Source: Planctomycetota bacterium (lineage in GTDB: Bacteria > Planctomycetota > GCA-002687715 > CAIWVZ01). Taken from it: DNA of 64,000 bases. A program made the translations under genes and the position numbers. The stretch is taken from positions 32,001 to 96,000 of the forward strand of contig JBGANV010000005.1 of NCBI GenBank assembly GCA_044222185.1. The letters are read 5' to 3'. The first letter of the stretch is position 1; the number at the start of each line of letters is the position of its first letter. Below, piece after piece: positions 38,831 to 48,834 of the stretch. The notes under the pieces were generated by a model. It saw only the letters and a list, made by a program, of their open reading frames with translations, had not been told where the DNA came from and made no database searches.

Positions 38831-40413
38831 AGGCTGACCGTCGTCACGCCCACGATCCCCGGAACGGCCCGCAGCGCCGCCACCACGGTCTCGGGGACGG
38901 GTGAATCCACGTTCAAGATCCCAAGCGCCTCCGGACGCCCCTCGCGTGCGCGCCCGACCTGCATTCGCGCGATGTTGATTCCAGCGTCGCCGAGCACGGT
39001 TCCGATGTGTCCCATCATCCCAGGCTGATCACGATGCCGCGTGATGATCAGCCACCCCTCGGGGACGGCATCGAGGAGGAACTGGTCGAGTTCGACCATG
39101 CGCAGGTGGCTGCGGCCGATCAGCGTCCCCGACGCGGCGTGACGCGTTCCGTCGATGAGGGCCTCGACGCGGAGGAGATTCACGAAGTCCCGTTTGAGGG
39201 CGGAGCGCTCGGCGAGGACTGCCACGCCACGCGCCCTCGCGACCGCCTCCGCGTTCACCGACGTGACGAGGCGATCGGCGCCGCGGCGGAGTGCCCCAAC
39301 GATCGCCGAGACGAGGACGGGCTGCTGCGACCGCTCACCGATCTCGCCCTCCGTGACGACGCGAAGCTCTTCCACCCGCCCGGGGAACGCCTGTACGAGA
39401 AGATCTCCCAGTCGTTCGGCGAGGATGAGGAATGGCCGCAGGAACTCGGCGTCGCCCGGCGCGACGTGCGGCGTGTTGACGCCGTTGACCACGAGCCCCG
39501 TGCGAAGGCAATCGACCACCTGCCGCGCGACGTCCTCGGCGATCGCGCGCCGAGCCTCGTCGGTCGACGCTCCCAGGTGCGGGGTCAGGATCACGTTCGA
39601 CAGCTGCAGGAGCGGCGAGTCCGTCGGCAGCGGTTCGTGCTCGAAGACGTCCAACGCCGCCCCGGCGATCCGGCCCCGCTTCAGGGCATCGACGAGCGCG
39701 GATTCCTTCACGATCCCCCCGCGCGCGCAGTGCACGAGCCGGCACGTCGATTTCATCTGCGCAAACGCGGCCTCGTCGATCAGGTGGCGCGTCGAACCCG
39801 TGAGCGGCGCGTGGATCGAGATGAAATCGCTTTCGGCGTAGAGCCGCTCGAGCGAGACGAGCGTGACGTCCGGCGGCACGCGATCCGCAGGAAGCATGGG
39901 ATCGTAGGCGATGACGCGCATGGACAGGCCTTGCGCCCTTCCGGCGACGACCCTGCCGATGCGGCCGAGCCCCACGAGTCCCAGCGTCTTTCCCATGATC
40001 TCGACGCCGGTGAGTCGGGTCTTCTCCCAGCGCCCGCCCCGCATGAGGTGGTCGGCTTCCGGGATCTTGCGGGCGAGCGCGAACATCAGGGCGAGTGCGA
40101 GCTCGGCGGTCGTCACCGATCCCGACTCGGGCGTGTTCATCACGACGATCCCGCGACGGGTCGCCGCGTCGACGTCCACGTTGTCCACTCCGACGCCAGC
40201 ACGCCCGATGACGACGAGATTCTCGGCACCCCGCAGCGCCGTCTCGTCGACCTGCGTCGCGGATCTCACGACGAGCGCGTGGAACGGCGGCAGTTCTCGG
40301 GCCAATCGTTCGGGCGTGAGGCCCTTGCGGACCTCGACTTCGCCCGCGGCCTGCAGGATCCTCAAGCCTTCCGGCGACAGATCGTCCGCGACGAGAATCT
40401 TCCAGTCCTTCAC
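38827..40413 (-). CDS. serA: D-3-phosphoglycerate dehydrogenase (with ASB and ACT domains)
   Basis: VVRSAT, GRAGVGVDNVD, GLGRIG, ARGG, DVFEHEP, TPHLGAST, C-terminal D.PG..G.IG..LG...INIA. GTG start at 40413. Confidence 0.92.
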   Translation of the reverse strand: MKDWKILVADDLSPEGLRILQAAGEVEVRKGLTPERLARELPPFHALVVRSATQVDETALRGAENLVVIGRAGVGVDNVDVDAATRRGIVVMNTPESGSVTTAELALALMFALARKIPEADHLMRGGRWEKTRLTGVEIMGKTLGLVGLGRIGRVVAGRAQGLSMRVIAYDPMLPADRVPPDVTLVSLERLYAESDFISIHAPLTGSTRHLIDEAAFAQMKSTCRLVHCARGGIVKESALVDALKRGRIAGAALDVFEHEPLPTDSPLLQLSNVILTPHLGASTDEARRAIAEDVARQVVDCLRTGLVVNGVNTPHVAPGDAEFLRPFLILAERLGDLLVQAFPGRVEELRVVTEGEIGERSQQPVLVSAIVGALRRGADRLVTSVNAEAVARARGVAVLAERSALKRDFVNLLRVEALIDGTRHAASGTLIGRSHLRMVELDQFLLDAVPEGWLIITRHRDQPGMMGHIGTVLGDAGINIARMQVGRAREGRPEALGILNVDSPVPETVVAALRAVPGIVGVTTVSL

Positions 40414-40500
40414 TTCCAGCTCCGGGCGCGCGACTCGGGGTGGGGCGCGGGCGGTTTGAGATTTAGCAGGGCGCCCCGTGACCAACAGGAGCCAGGCGGC

Positions 40501-41676
40501 TCAGGTGAACTCGCGATAGAGCGCCAGGACGTCATCAGCGTGGCGGTCCATCGACACCCGCCGGCGCAGGTCGCCGGCGCGGATCGCCGCGCGCGCCCGC
40601 GCTCGCACGTCCGGATCGCAAAACGAGATGAGTGCCTCACGAAACGACGGAAGGTCGCGCGGATCCCGCAACACGACGCCGGCATCCGTACCCGCGATGA
40701 ATTCTCCCGACCCGTTCCACTGCGTCGTGATGACCGGCAGTCCGACCGCGAGGGCCTCCAGCACGACCCGGCTCGCCGGATCATAGAACGTCGGATGGAC
40801 CAGGACGTCCGTCGCGGCATAGAGCCCACGGATGTCCCCCACCGCTCCGAGCATCCGCACGTTCGACTCCAGATCCACCTTGCGGATGAGCGCCAGGGCC
40901 TTCTTCATTCGACCGCTGCCCGCGATCAGTCCGATGAACGGAAGTTCGGGGCGCGCCGCGCGCAGCGCACCCATCGCGCGAATGAACGGGTAGACGCCCT
41001 TCAAGCGGAAGTTGTGGGCGACCATCGAGAAGAGCGTCGCCTCGGGTGGAACACCGAGAGCCGCCCGTGATGCGCCGCGCTGTTCTTCGATCCCCGATAG
41101 CCGCGAGACGTCGACGCCGTTGCGCACGACCCGGATCCGCGCCGAGACGTCGCCGCAGATCTCCAGCACGCAATCGCGGACGAACTCGGACAGGGCGGCG
41201 ACGACCGGGCCGGCAGGGTCCGCGATGATCGCTCGTTGGCGACGGATCAGTCGTTGGCGCTTGGGATTCACTGCGAGCCCAAGCAAGTGCAGGCGCCGCG
41301 ACAGCTCCGTCTCGCACGACATGGCGCTGTGCGTGAAGATGAAGTGGTAGATGCCCGCCCTCGGCATGTAGATGTGTGCGCCCCGCATGGGAACCATGGA
41401 GTGGATGATCCATTCGTGACGGTGTGCGCGCGCGAGGCGCTCCGCCGCGATCAGGAGCTGGGGATCCTGCTCGGCGCGACGGTGGCGTGTTCCCATGGGC
41501 AGGGGCACGTGCTCGACGCCCGCCGGCAACCGCAGGCCGTCGCCCGGCGCCGCGAGCATCACGCGCACGCCGCGGTTCGCGAGTACCCGCGCGAACTCCA
41601 GGACGGACGTCTCCATGCCGCCTCGCGAAGGGTCGGCGCCGCCAGCGACCAGGAGGACGGGCTTAGCGATTGACAT
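40501..41676 (-). CDS. Family 4 glycosyltransferase (WaaG/RfaG-like)
   Basis: GGME, NGVD, HNFRLKG, VHPTFYDP..RVVLEALAVGLPVITT. Confidence 0.85.
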   Translation of the reverse strand: MSIAKPVLLVAGGADPSRGGMETSVLEFARVLANRGVRVMLAAPGDGLRLPAGVEHVPLPMGTRHRRAEQDPQLLIAAERLARAHRHEWIIHSMVPMRGAHIYMPRAGIYHFIFTHSAMSCETELSRRLHLLGLAVNPKRQRLIRRQRAIIADPAGPVVAALSEFVRDCVLEICGDVSARIRVVRNGVDVSRLSGIEEQRGASRAALGVPPEATLFSMVAHNFRLKGVYPFIRAMGALRAARPELPFIGLIAGSGRMKKALALIRKVDLESNVRMLGAVGDIRGLYAATDVLVHPTFYDPASRVVLEALAVGLPVITTQWNGSGEFIAGTDAGVVLRDPRDLPSFREALISFCDPDVRARARAAIRAGDLRRRVSMDRHADDVLALYREFT

Positions 41677-42424
41677 GGAGGTTGGGTTTCCCGCTGGCGA
41701 TCTGCCGCTCGACGTGCCCGCGCATACGCCGAGCCTTCGCGCGGACGAGACGGGCGAAGGCGCGCCACTTCCACCGAGAGACGGGGCCAAGGTAGCGGCG
41801 AAGGAACGCGAGCCGCGCACGGTCCGAGGCCACACGGGCCGGCGTCGAGAAGTCGAGGCCGGCGAGATCCTTGATGCGCGCGAGCCAGCCGAGCCGCCTC
41901 ATGGAGCGTGCGCGCCCGAAGTCGGTCCAATACAGGCGGTCGTCGGCAGCGACGAGCACGTGGCCCAGGTAGCAGTCGCGATGCTGGACACCTGCCGCGT
42001 GCAGGCGCCGCAATCGCTCCGCGAGCTGGCGTCCGAACTGCGCCGTGACCTGTGGTGATGCGGGCTCACCGCCGCACAGCCGGGCCTCGAGCGTGCTCAC
42101 GACGGGCAACGCACGGGTGATCATCGCCGCGAACGCATCGTCGGCACCCACGGCGACGACCTCGGCGACGGGCTCGCCGCACTGGGCCAGTTGCCCCACG
42201 ATGGCCGCTTCGTGTGGAATCTCGTGCGCAGCCGGGCCCGTGATCCGCTTGAGGAAGTACCCGGCGCCACCCGCGGAGAACCGCAAGGTTTCGCGGCCAG
42301 GCACCAACGCCTTCACGACCGCGTCGGGAACGAACGTCCGGCACGCCTCGAGTGACGTCAGGCCGCGCGTCGCCAGGGCGTCCTGGTGTTCGGGCTTGAC
42401 GAAGAACGGGACGCGGCGCGCCAT
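41663..42424 (-). CDS. LPS core kinase (WaaP/Kdo/InaA family)
   Basis: YFLKR, LHAAGVQHRDCYLGHVL, DF.R, KDLAGL. ATG at 42424. Confidence 0.8.
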   Translation of the reverse strand: MARRVPFFVKPEHQDALATRGLTSLEACRTFVPDAVVKALVPGRETLRFSAGGAGYFLKRITGPAAHEIPHEAAIVGQLAQCGEPVAEVVAVGADDAFAAMITRALPVVSTLEARLCGGEPASPQVTAQFGRQLAERLRRLHAAGVQHRDCYLGHVLVAADDRLYWTDFGRARSMRRLGWLARIKDLAGLDFSTPARVASDRARLAFLRRYLGPVSRWKWRAFARLVRAKARRMRGHVERQIASGKPNLHVNR

Positions 42425-42470
42425 GGGCTGCGATTGTCTCAGTCCGCATCCGACGGACCAAGCAACCGCA

Positions 42471-43994
42471 TCACCCGCGGGGCGCGCGCGCAAGCGCGCG
42501 GCGCAGAGGCGCTTCACCCGCGGTGGTCGACCAGCCGAAGTACCCGGCGAGAACCTCCTCCACCGCGGCGTCCGAGCCACCGGCGTCGTGACGGATGTCC
42601 CGGATCAGCCGCCCCAGGTTGTGCGCCCGGCGCGCGATTCCCATGACACCGCGGACGCTCACTCCATCCAGATCCACGAGCCAGGGCGTCCCCCGCTCGT
42701 CGACGACGATGTTGTTGGCCTTCAGATCCCGGTGGTCGATGCGGAACGCATGGAGTCTGGCGATCAGCCTGCCGACCTCGCGCAGCAGCCAGCGCGACGC
42801 GCCGGTCGACCGCACGAGTTCGCCCAGGTGACGGGCGCCTCGAACTTCCTCCGCGACCAGGTAGCCGTGGATCACCAGGCCCATCCGCCTCAGCTCGCCA
42901 GCGGCAAATACGCGTGGCGTCCGGATGCCGAGCGCCTCGAGCAGGATCGACATGGAGAACGTGCGGCGGACACGCCCGGGCCTCACACGATCCAGCACGA
43001 CGTTGCGCCGTCGCTTCTGGTCGCTTCGCTTCACCACGAACGGCGGCCAGCGCACGACCACGCCCGTGCGCCCCGATTTGAGGACATCCTTCGCGGCGCG
43101 GATGCACCGCTCCGGATCGGCCAGGACCGCGGCCAAGGGCTCGGACGACGCGTCCTGCCGGAGCATCCACGAGACTCCGCCGCTCGTCTGCGAGCGGACG
43201 CGCCGATCGCCGTGGATCGCTCCTGCCGCCTTCTGCAACCCGCGGCGCAAGAGCGCGGCCTCCCCGTCGCGACGGGCACGCGCCAGGGCCGCCCGCCAGG
43301 GAGGCGTCGCGACGAGGTCCGCTCCATAGGCATCGAGGAAGCGGTGCGCGTCGATCGTCGACACGACCGTCGTCACGGCTGGGATGAGCCGCGCGATCGC
43401 GACGGCTCGAGCGCGGAGGTCGCGCGGATCGAGCTCGTCGACGCGACGCAGATCGACGATCGTGATGTGGTCCCTGGCGTCCACCAGGAAGTTGCCCAGG
43501 TGAGGATCGCCCAGGGCCAACCCCGCGTCGTGCAGCTTGCGGAAGAGTCGCCCCATGGCGGAGATCAACGCACGCCGGCGCTCGGCCGGCCAGGACGGGA
43601 GCTGGCAGACGAGATCACGCATCTCGACGACCTCTCCCAGATCCCGCGACACGAACACATGAGAGACTCGCCCTTGCGATCGCTCGACTCCGGCGGCGAG
43701 CGGTTCGACCGCGGCGACGCCGGCCGCGCGCACGCGGAGTGCGTTGTCGAACTCGACCGCCGCTGGCGATCGCGCGAACGTCCGGCCGACGACTTCCAAT
43801 CCCCGTGCGAGGTAGTGCTTGACGACGACACGCCCGCCGTCGGCGAGGACCACGCGCTCGACCACTCTCGATCGCGTGCGCTTCAGCTCGGAAGTGGAAG
43901 CGACGAGCGTCGGTGGCAGGAAGCGGCCACCGTCGAACAGGCGGCGGTCCCATGTCTCGGCGAGGCGCCAGCGCGGTGAAGGGCGGGAAGTCAC
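42471..43994 (-). CDS. Tandem-domain LPS kinase (two Kdo/WaaP-like domains)
   Basis: Domain 1: VVVKHY...LHDAG..GDPHLGNFL..IVDL. Domain 2: FVVKR...LHAF.IDHRDLKANNIV..LVDLDG. Confidence 0.75.
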   Translation of the reverse strand: MTSRPSPRWRLAETWDRRLFDGGRFLPPTLVASTSELKRTRSRVVERVVLADGGRVVVKHYLARGLEVVGRTFARSPAAVEFDNALRVRAAGVAAVEPLAAGVERSQGRVSHVFVSRDLGEVVEMRDLVCQLPSWPAERRRALISAMGRLFRKLHDAGLALGDPHLGNFLVDARDHITIVDLRRVDELDPRDLRARAVAIARLIPAVTTVVSTIDAHRFLDAYGADLVATPPWRAALARARRDGEAALLRRGLQKAAGAIHGDRRVRSQTSGGVSWMLRQDASSEPLAAVLADPERCIRAAKDVLKSGRTGVVVRWPPFVVKRSDQKRRRNVVLDRVRPGRVRRTFSMSILLEALGIRTPRVFAAGELRRMGLVIHGYLVAEEVRGARHLGELVRSTGASRWLLREVGRLIARLHAFRIDHRDLKANNIVVDERGTPWLVDLDGVSVRGVMGIARRAHNLGRLIRDIRHDAGGSDAAVEEVLAGYFGWSTTAGEAPLRRALARAPRG

Positions 43995-44812
43995 GGGGCG
44001 TGGTTTCGGGGCGGCGCGGTGTCGTCGTCGGTCTGGAAGCCGGACGCCGAGGGGGCCTGCGGGGGACGTTCATCCGCGACATGGCAGGGCGGGAGTCCTG
44101 CCGCCCGGCCAGGTGGAGCCTGGCGCTCCCATTTTTCGAGGTAGATCGGGCGGTTTGCCGACTGCACGGCAGCGGCGTCGAGGGAGTTGGCGCGGAACGT
44201 GGCATGGGCTTCGTGCCACACCCACGAGGATCCGTCGATGACGAGGCGAAACCCCGCGGCGCGGGCGCGGCGACAGAAGTCGTCGTCTTCGAACGTGCCG
44301 ATGCCGAACCGCTCGTCGAGCGTGCCGATGGCATCGAACACCGCGCGCCGGATCATCACGCAGAAGAACGAGAGGTAGTCGACCTCACCGCGGCGCCGGA
44401 ACGGCCGCGGGAACCGATCGAACCACACGCGGTGACGTTGCCGGCCCTTCGCCCGGTTGGTGCACGGTCCGACCATGCCGGCGCCCGAGCGGTCGAGCGT
44501 CCGAAGCAACGACCTCATCCAGCCACGAGTGACGAAAGCGTCCGTGTTGAGAAGCACGATCGGGTCGCCGCTGGCGACCGCGAGACCCGCGTTGTTGCCG
44601 CCGGCGAACCCGCGGTTCTCCGGGAGGAACACCGTCTTCGTCGACGCGTCCTCCAACGATCGCGCCACGTCGACAGATCCGTCCACGCTGCCGTTGTCGA
44701 CGATCACGAGCTCGAACGGTGGCTCGGTGTGTCGTCGCACGTCGGCGACGCACCGCGCCAGCAGTTCGCGCGTGTTCCAGTTCACGACGATGATCGAAGG
44801 TCGCGCCGTCAC
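43991..44812 (-). CDS. Family 2 glycosyltransferase
   Basis: SIIVVNWN, VDNGSVDGS, NRGFAGGNN, LLNTD, FEDDDFC. GTG start at 44812. Confidence 0.88.
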   Translation of the reverse strand: MTARPSIIVVNWNTRELLARCVADVRRHTEPPFELVIVDNGSVDGSVDVARSLEDASTKTVFLPENRGFAGGNNAGLAVASGDPIVLLNTDAFVTRGWMRSLLRTLDRSGAGMVGPCTNRAKGRQRHRVWFDRFPRPFRRRGEVDYLSFFCVMIRRAVFDAIGTLDERFGIGTFEDDDFCRRARAAGFRLVIDGSSWVWHEAHATFRANSLDAAAVQSANRPIYLEKWERQAPPGRAAGLPPCHVADERPPQAPSASGFQTDDDTAPPRNHAP

Positions 44813-45690
44813 GACGTCGCCTTCTTCGCGCGCACCGTGTTGCGCATCCACCACGCGCGCAGGTTCCAGGGCTGGAGCGTTCGCACCCGATCGAAGTGTC
44901 GGGCAGCCTCCCGCGCCATCCCCCATCGCCGGTACGTGCGCGCAGCCGTGAAGTGGACGCGCGCGAGCCTCCGTCGAATGACGTCGGGTGGAAGCACGCG
45001 TCGAGCCCGCGGGTCCTCGCTGAACGCGTCGAGCACGCGACACTTGCACTCGAGGCTCTCCGGGTTCTCCTCGTGTGCGAGCGATTCGGAGTGGACGCGC
45101 CTCACGAACAGCGGCTCGGCGACGAGGAGGAACGGCGTTTCCAGGCTGGCGCGCAGCCACAGGTCGTAGTCCTCGCACACGCGCAGATCCTCGCGGAATC
45201 CGCCAAGCGATTCGAACAGCGCACGGTCGACGAACACGCTCGGCGTGTGGACGAAGACGTGCTCGAAGAGGATCGCCGTGATGCGGCCGCCATGTACGGG
45301 TTTCTGGTGGCCCGCGATGGGCCGACCCTCGCGGTCGACGGCGCGGCTGTCACAGAAGACGAGGCGGGCCGTTCCATCGCGACGCAGCGCCGCGATCTGC
45401 TTCTCGAGTTTCGTGGGTTCCCACAGATCGTCGGAGTCGAGGAACGCGAGCCAATCGCCCGTCGCCGCGCGGACGCCGGCGTTTCGCGCGGCGGCGGCAC
45501 CACCGCGGCGACGGCGCACGAGGCGAACGCGGTCGCCGAGCGCTTCGAGCCGCGCCACGGTGTCGTCAGTCGATCCGTCGTCGACGACGATCACCTCGTC
45601 CGCGGGTCGGGTCTGTGCGAAGACCGAGCCGAGGGCTTCGAGGAGCAAGCCGGCCCGGTTCCAGGTCGGGATGACGACCGACACGCGCAT
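44809..45690 (-). CDS. Family 2 glycosyltransferase
   Basis: VSVVIPTWNR, VVDDGSTD, ARNAG, AFLDSDD, EDYDLWLR. Confidence 0.9.
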   Translation of the reverse strand: MRVSVVIPTWNRAGLLLEALGSVFAQTRPADEVIVVDDGSTDDTVARLEALGDRVRLVRRRRGGAAAARNAGVRAATGDWLAFLDSDDLWEPTKLEKQIAALRRDGTARLVFCDSRAVDREGRPIAGHQKPVHGGRITAILFEHVFVHTPSVFVDRALFESLGGFREDLRVCEDYDLWLRASLETPFLLVAEPLFVRRVHSESLAHEENPESLECKCRVLDAFSEDPRARRVLPPDVIRRRLARVHFTAARTYRRWGMAREAARHFDRVRTLQPWNLRAWWMRNTVRAKKATS

Positions 45691-45733
45691 GAGGCGAGGT
45701 TCTACCACGGCGCGTCGGTGCGACGCAGCGGCA

Positions 45734-48154
45734 TCACTCGAACGTCCACTCCAGGATGCCTGACGAGAATTCGGGCCGGCTCGTGACCTCGATCCGGAGC
45801 GCCGTGGTCTTGATCGGCGCGATGGAGATCGTGTTCACGGTGTCTTTCGCGACGCCGAACGTCCCGCCGCCAATCGGTGTCGCGTCCTTCCACGTCGCGC
45901 CATCCTTCCACTGGAGCTTCCACGACGACGGCACGCGGCAACCGCCGCGGGGGCCATCATCGAACCAGTAGACGCCGGCCTTCGCGAGCGTCCGCGGTGC
46001 GTCGAACGCGACGGTCACCCATTCGGTCGTGCCCCGGTGATCCCAGAACGTCAGTCGCGGGATCGAATGATCGCTCGACGACTTGGGAAGCTGCCCGTCG
46101 TGGACGGCCGTGACCGTGTCATTCGGGTAGCAGTGCGACGCCTTCACGCGCACGCCGTTCACGAGCTTCGTCCCGACCTGGTCCGGGCGTTGCGCGACCT
46201 CCGGCGTCTCCGCGATCCAGACCTGCATGGAGCTCTTCCCGCGGTTGTTCCACGCGAAGTAGGGAATGGCGGTCAGCTTGTCGGGCGCAACGTCGAAGCC
46301 GACGGATTCGCCGTGCAGTTCCACGTCCCACCCGCGGCCCATTGCCTGGATCACGATCCCGTTCTCGTGCGCGAGCACCTCGACCTGCTTGAGCCCGGCC
46401 TCGAGGTCGCGCATCGCCGTGAGCTTGGCGTCGCTGGGCAGACTCAAGACCTGCACGTTCCCGCCGCCGTGGTCGACCCCTTCGAGGCAGTACACGAGCG
46501 GACCCCGCATCAGGGCCACGCGACCGCGGTTCGCCTCCACCTCCGGACGGGCGTAGACCCGGCTCGGCACCATGGGCAACGCCAGGCCCACGAGGTCACC
46601 TTCGTTCCACTCGCGGCTGATGGTGACGAAGCCGCGGGCGCGCATCGTCTGCACGGGAGCGCCGTTCACCGTGACTCCAAAAGCGCTCCCGGCCCATTCG
46701 GGGATACGCAGCCGCAGGTCGAACGTCGTCCGCTGCGCCATCTTCAGCGTCAACGCCACCTGGCCCGACCACGGATAGTCCGTGCGTTGTTCGATCGTGA
46801 CCGTCGCCGAATCGAGCGCGACCGTCGCACGGCTCGCGACGTACAGGACGACGTCGAGCTGGTTGCCTCGCCGCGCGTAGATGCGCTCACCGAGCGCGGG
46901 CAGGTAGCGGACGATGTTGGTCGGGCAGCACGAGCAACCGAACCACGGCACGCGCTCGTGTTGCCCCAGGCTCTCGAGCGGGTTGTCGTAGAAGAAGCGA
47001 TCGCCGCTCGTGGAAACGCCCGAGAGCAGCCCGTTGTAGATCTCCCGTTCGAGGACATCGGCATACTTGCCATCGCCCGTGAGCAGGTACATGCGGTGAT
47101 TCCACAACGCCATCCCGATGGCGGCGCAAGTCTCGCAGTACGCCGTGTCGTTCGGCAGATCGAACGCCGTCGTGAAGCCCTCGTTGCTCGCGGACGTTCC
47201 GATTCCGCCCGTGAGGTACATCTTCGTCCCGACGAGGTCCTTCCAGACCGCCTCGAGCGCCTCCATCAGCGAAGCGTCGTTCGTCGCCGCGGCCACGTCG
47301 GCCATGCCGCAGTAGAGGTACATCGCACGTACGGCGTGCCCCACGACCACGGTCTGCTCGCGAACGGGTTTGTGGTCCTGGGCGTACTCGCCGTGAAGCT
47401 CGCGGCCGTTCGCGTGTCCGCGCTGGTCGATGAAGTACTTGGCGAGCGTCAGGTACTTCGCATCACCGGTACGCTTCCACAGCTTGACGAGCGCGAGCTC
47501 GAGTTCTTCGTGGCCTGGGCAGTCGTGCCGCTTGTCGGGTCCGAAGACGGAGTCGATGTGATCGGCGAACCGTCGCGCGACGTCCAACAACTTCGTCTTG
47601 CCCGTCGCCTCCGCATACGCGACGGCAGCCTCGATGAGGTGGCCGGCGCAGTACATCTCGTGGCCGTGGTGGATGTTCGTCCACCGCTGGCCTGGCTTCA
47701 CCACGGTCCAGTAGGTGTTGAGGTAGCCGTCCTTCTGCTGCGCCGCTGCGATCAGATCGATGATCGCGTCGATGCGCTTCTCGAGGTTCCCGTCGCGGGC
47801 GAGGGCGAGCGAGTAGGCCGCGCCTTCGAGCACCTTGTAGACGTCCGAGTCGTTGTAGAGCGCTCCCTCGTGTGGGGCCTTCACGAGCCCGGCGCACACG
47901 GCGAAGTTGCGGATCCGGTTCGTCTCCTCGCACTGCTTCAGGTTCGCTTCCAGCGTCACCGTGCGGTTGGTGCGCAGTCGGGGGAGCCAGAACGTCTCGT
48001 CCGTGATGGTCACGTCGCGAAACGGAACGGCTGAGAGGCGCGGACCCGAGGCCGCGGCGGCGGGGCGCGAGTCCTGCGCCCCCATCGAGCCGACCGCACA
48101 CGCGACGACGACGAAAAAGCGCGCCCATCCGACGGTTCCACGAACACGACCCAT
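45734..48154 (-). CDS. Secreted GH127 beta-L-arabinofuranosidase-like hydrolase with a C-terminal discoidin/CBM32-like domain
   Basis: DSDVYKVLE, HEMYCAGH, GHEELELAL, GHAVRAMY, NEGF, YCETCA, CSCCP, RIPEW, RGPLVYC. ATG at 48154. Confidence 0.9.
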   Translation of the reverse strand: MGRVRGTVGWARFFVVVACAVGSMGAQDSRPAAAASGPRLSAVPFRDVTITDETFWLPRLRTNRTVTLEANLKQCEETNRIRNFAVCAGLVKAPHEGALYNDSDVYKVLEGAAYSLALARDGNLEKRIDAIIDLIAAAQQKDGYLNTYWTVVKPGQRWTNIHHGHEMYCAGHLIEAAVAYAEATGKTKLLDVARRFADHIDSVFGPDKRHDCPGHEELELALVKLWKRTGDAKYLTLAKYFIDQRGHANGRELHGEYAQDHKPVREQTVVVGHAVRAMYLYCGMADVAAATNDASLMEALEAVWKDLVGTKMYLTGGIGTSASNEGFTTAFDLPNDTAYCETCAAIGMALWNHRMYLLTGDGKYADVLEREIYNGLLSGVSTSGDRFFYDNPLESLGQHERVPWFGCSCCPTNIVRYLPALGERIYARRGNQLDVVLYVASRATVALDSATVTIEQRTDYPWSGQVALTLKMAQRTTFDLRLRIPEWAGSAFGVTVNGAPVQTMRARGFVTISREWNEGDLVGLALPMVPSRVYARPEVEANRGRVALMRGPLVYCLEGVDHGGGNVQVLSLPSDAKLTAMRDLEAGLKQVEVLAHENGIVIQAMGRGWDVELHGESVGFDVAPDKLTAIPYFAWNNRGKSSMQVWIAETPEVAQRPDQVGTKLVNGVRVKASHCYPNDTVTAVHDGQLPKSSSDHSIPRLTFWDHRGTTEWVTVAFDAPRTLAKAGVYWFDDGPRGGCRVPSSWKLQWKDGATWKDATPIGGGTFGVAKDTVNTISIAPIKTTALRIEVTSRPEFSSGILEWTFE

Positions 48155-48333
48155 GGCGAGGACCTCCGGCGGCGAGGTTACCAGTCGGCCTGCGCGTCCG
48201 GCCGCCGGTCCGACTTCCGCTCGCGGGCGACGGCGGTCGATCTTGAGCGTGGGCGCCAGTGCCACCCGGCTTCGGGAAGGGTTCCCGAACACCTCAAACG
48301 GCCTTGTTGACTTTTTGACGCGCGAACTGCACC

Positions 48334-48798
48334 ATGCCGTCCACAAAGCAACAAAAGCCGCTGATGCCCGCCACCTCGACGCCCACCAAGACCAAGTTGG
48401 AACTTCATAAGTCTTCCGTGAAGGCAGGCGGCGTCGTCGTCCGGCAGTCGCACGGCGAACACCAGGTCCTTCTGGTGACCTCCCGCTCGCGTCCGGGCCG
48501 CTGGATCCTCCCCAAGGGAAGCGCCGAACCCGGTGAGACGGCGGAAGATACGGCGACCCGCGAGATCGCTGAGGAAGCCGGCGTGAAGGGAACGATGGTG
48601 CGCCACCTCGGCGTGGTGCGCCGGCCGAGCCAGGAGATCACGTTCTTTCTCTACCGTTTTGCCGATGACGTGACCTGGCTCGAGAACCGGATCCGCGAGC
48701 GCCGCTGGGTGGAACTGCGAAAGGCCGAACGCTATCTCCGGCAGTCCGATCTGCACGACATCGTTCTCGCCGCCCGACGCGCCCTCGGCGTCGCGTGA
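48334..48798 (+). CDS. NUDIX hydrolase (DIPP/Ap4A-hydrolase-like)
   Basis: LLVTSR...RWILPKG..EPGE...A.REIAEEAGV (Nudix box). The true start may be the ATG at 48364 (TTGACT-N17-CACCAT at 48307-48335). Confidence 0.85.
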   Translation: MPSTKQQKPLMPATSTPTKTKLELHKSSVKAGGVVVRQSHGEHQVLLVTSRSRPGRWILPKGSAEPGETAEDTATREIAEEAGVKGTMVRHLGVVRRPSQEITFFLYRFADDVTWLENRIRERRWVELRKAERYLRQSDLHDIVLAARRALGVA

Positions 48799-48834
48799 GC
48801 GCCGGGGTGACCCGGCGCGCCGGAGTCACCCGCC

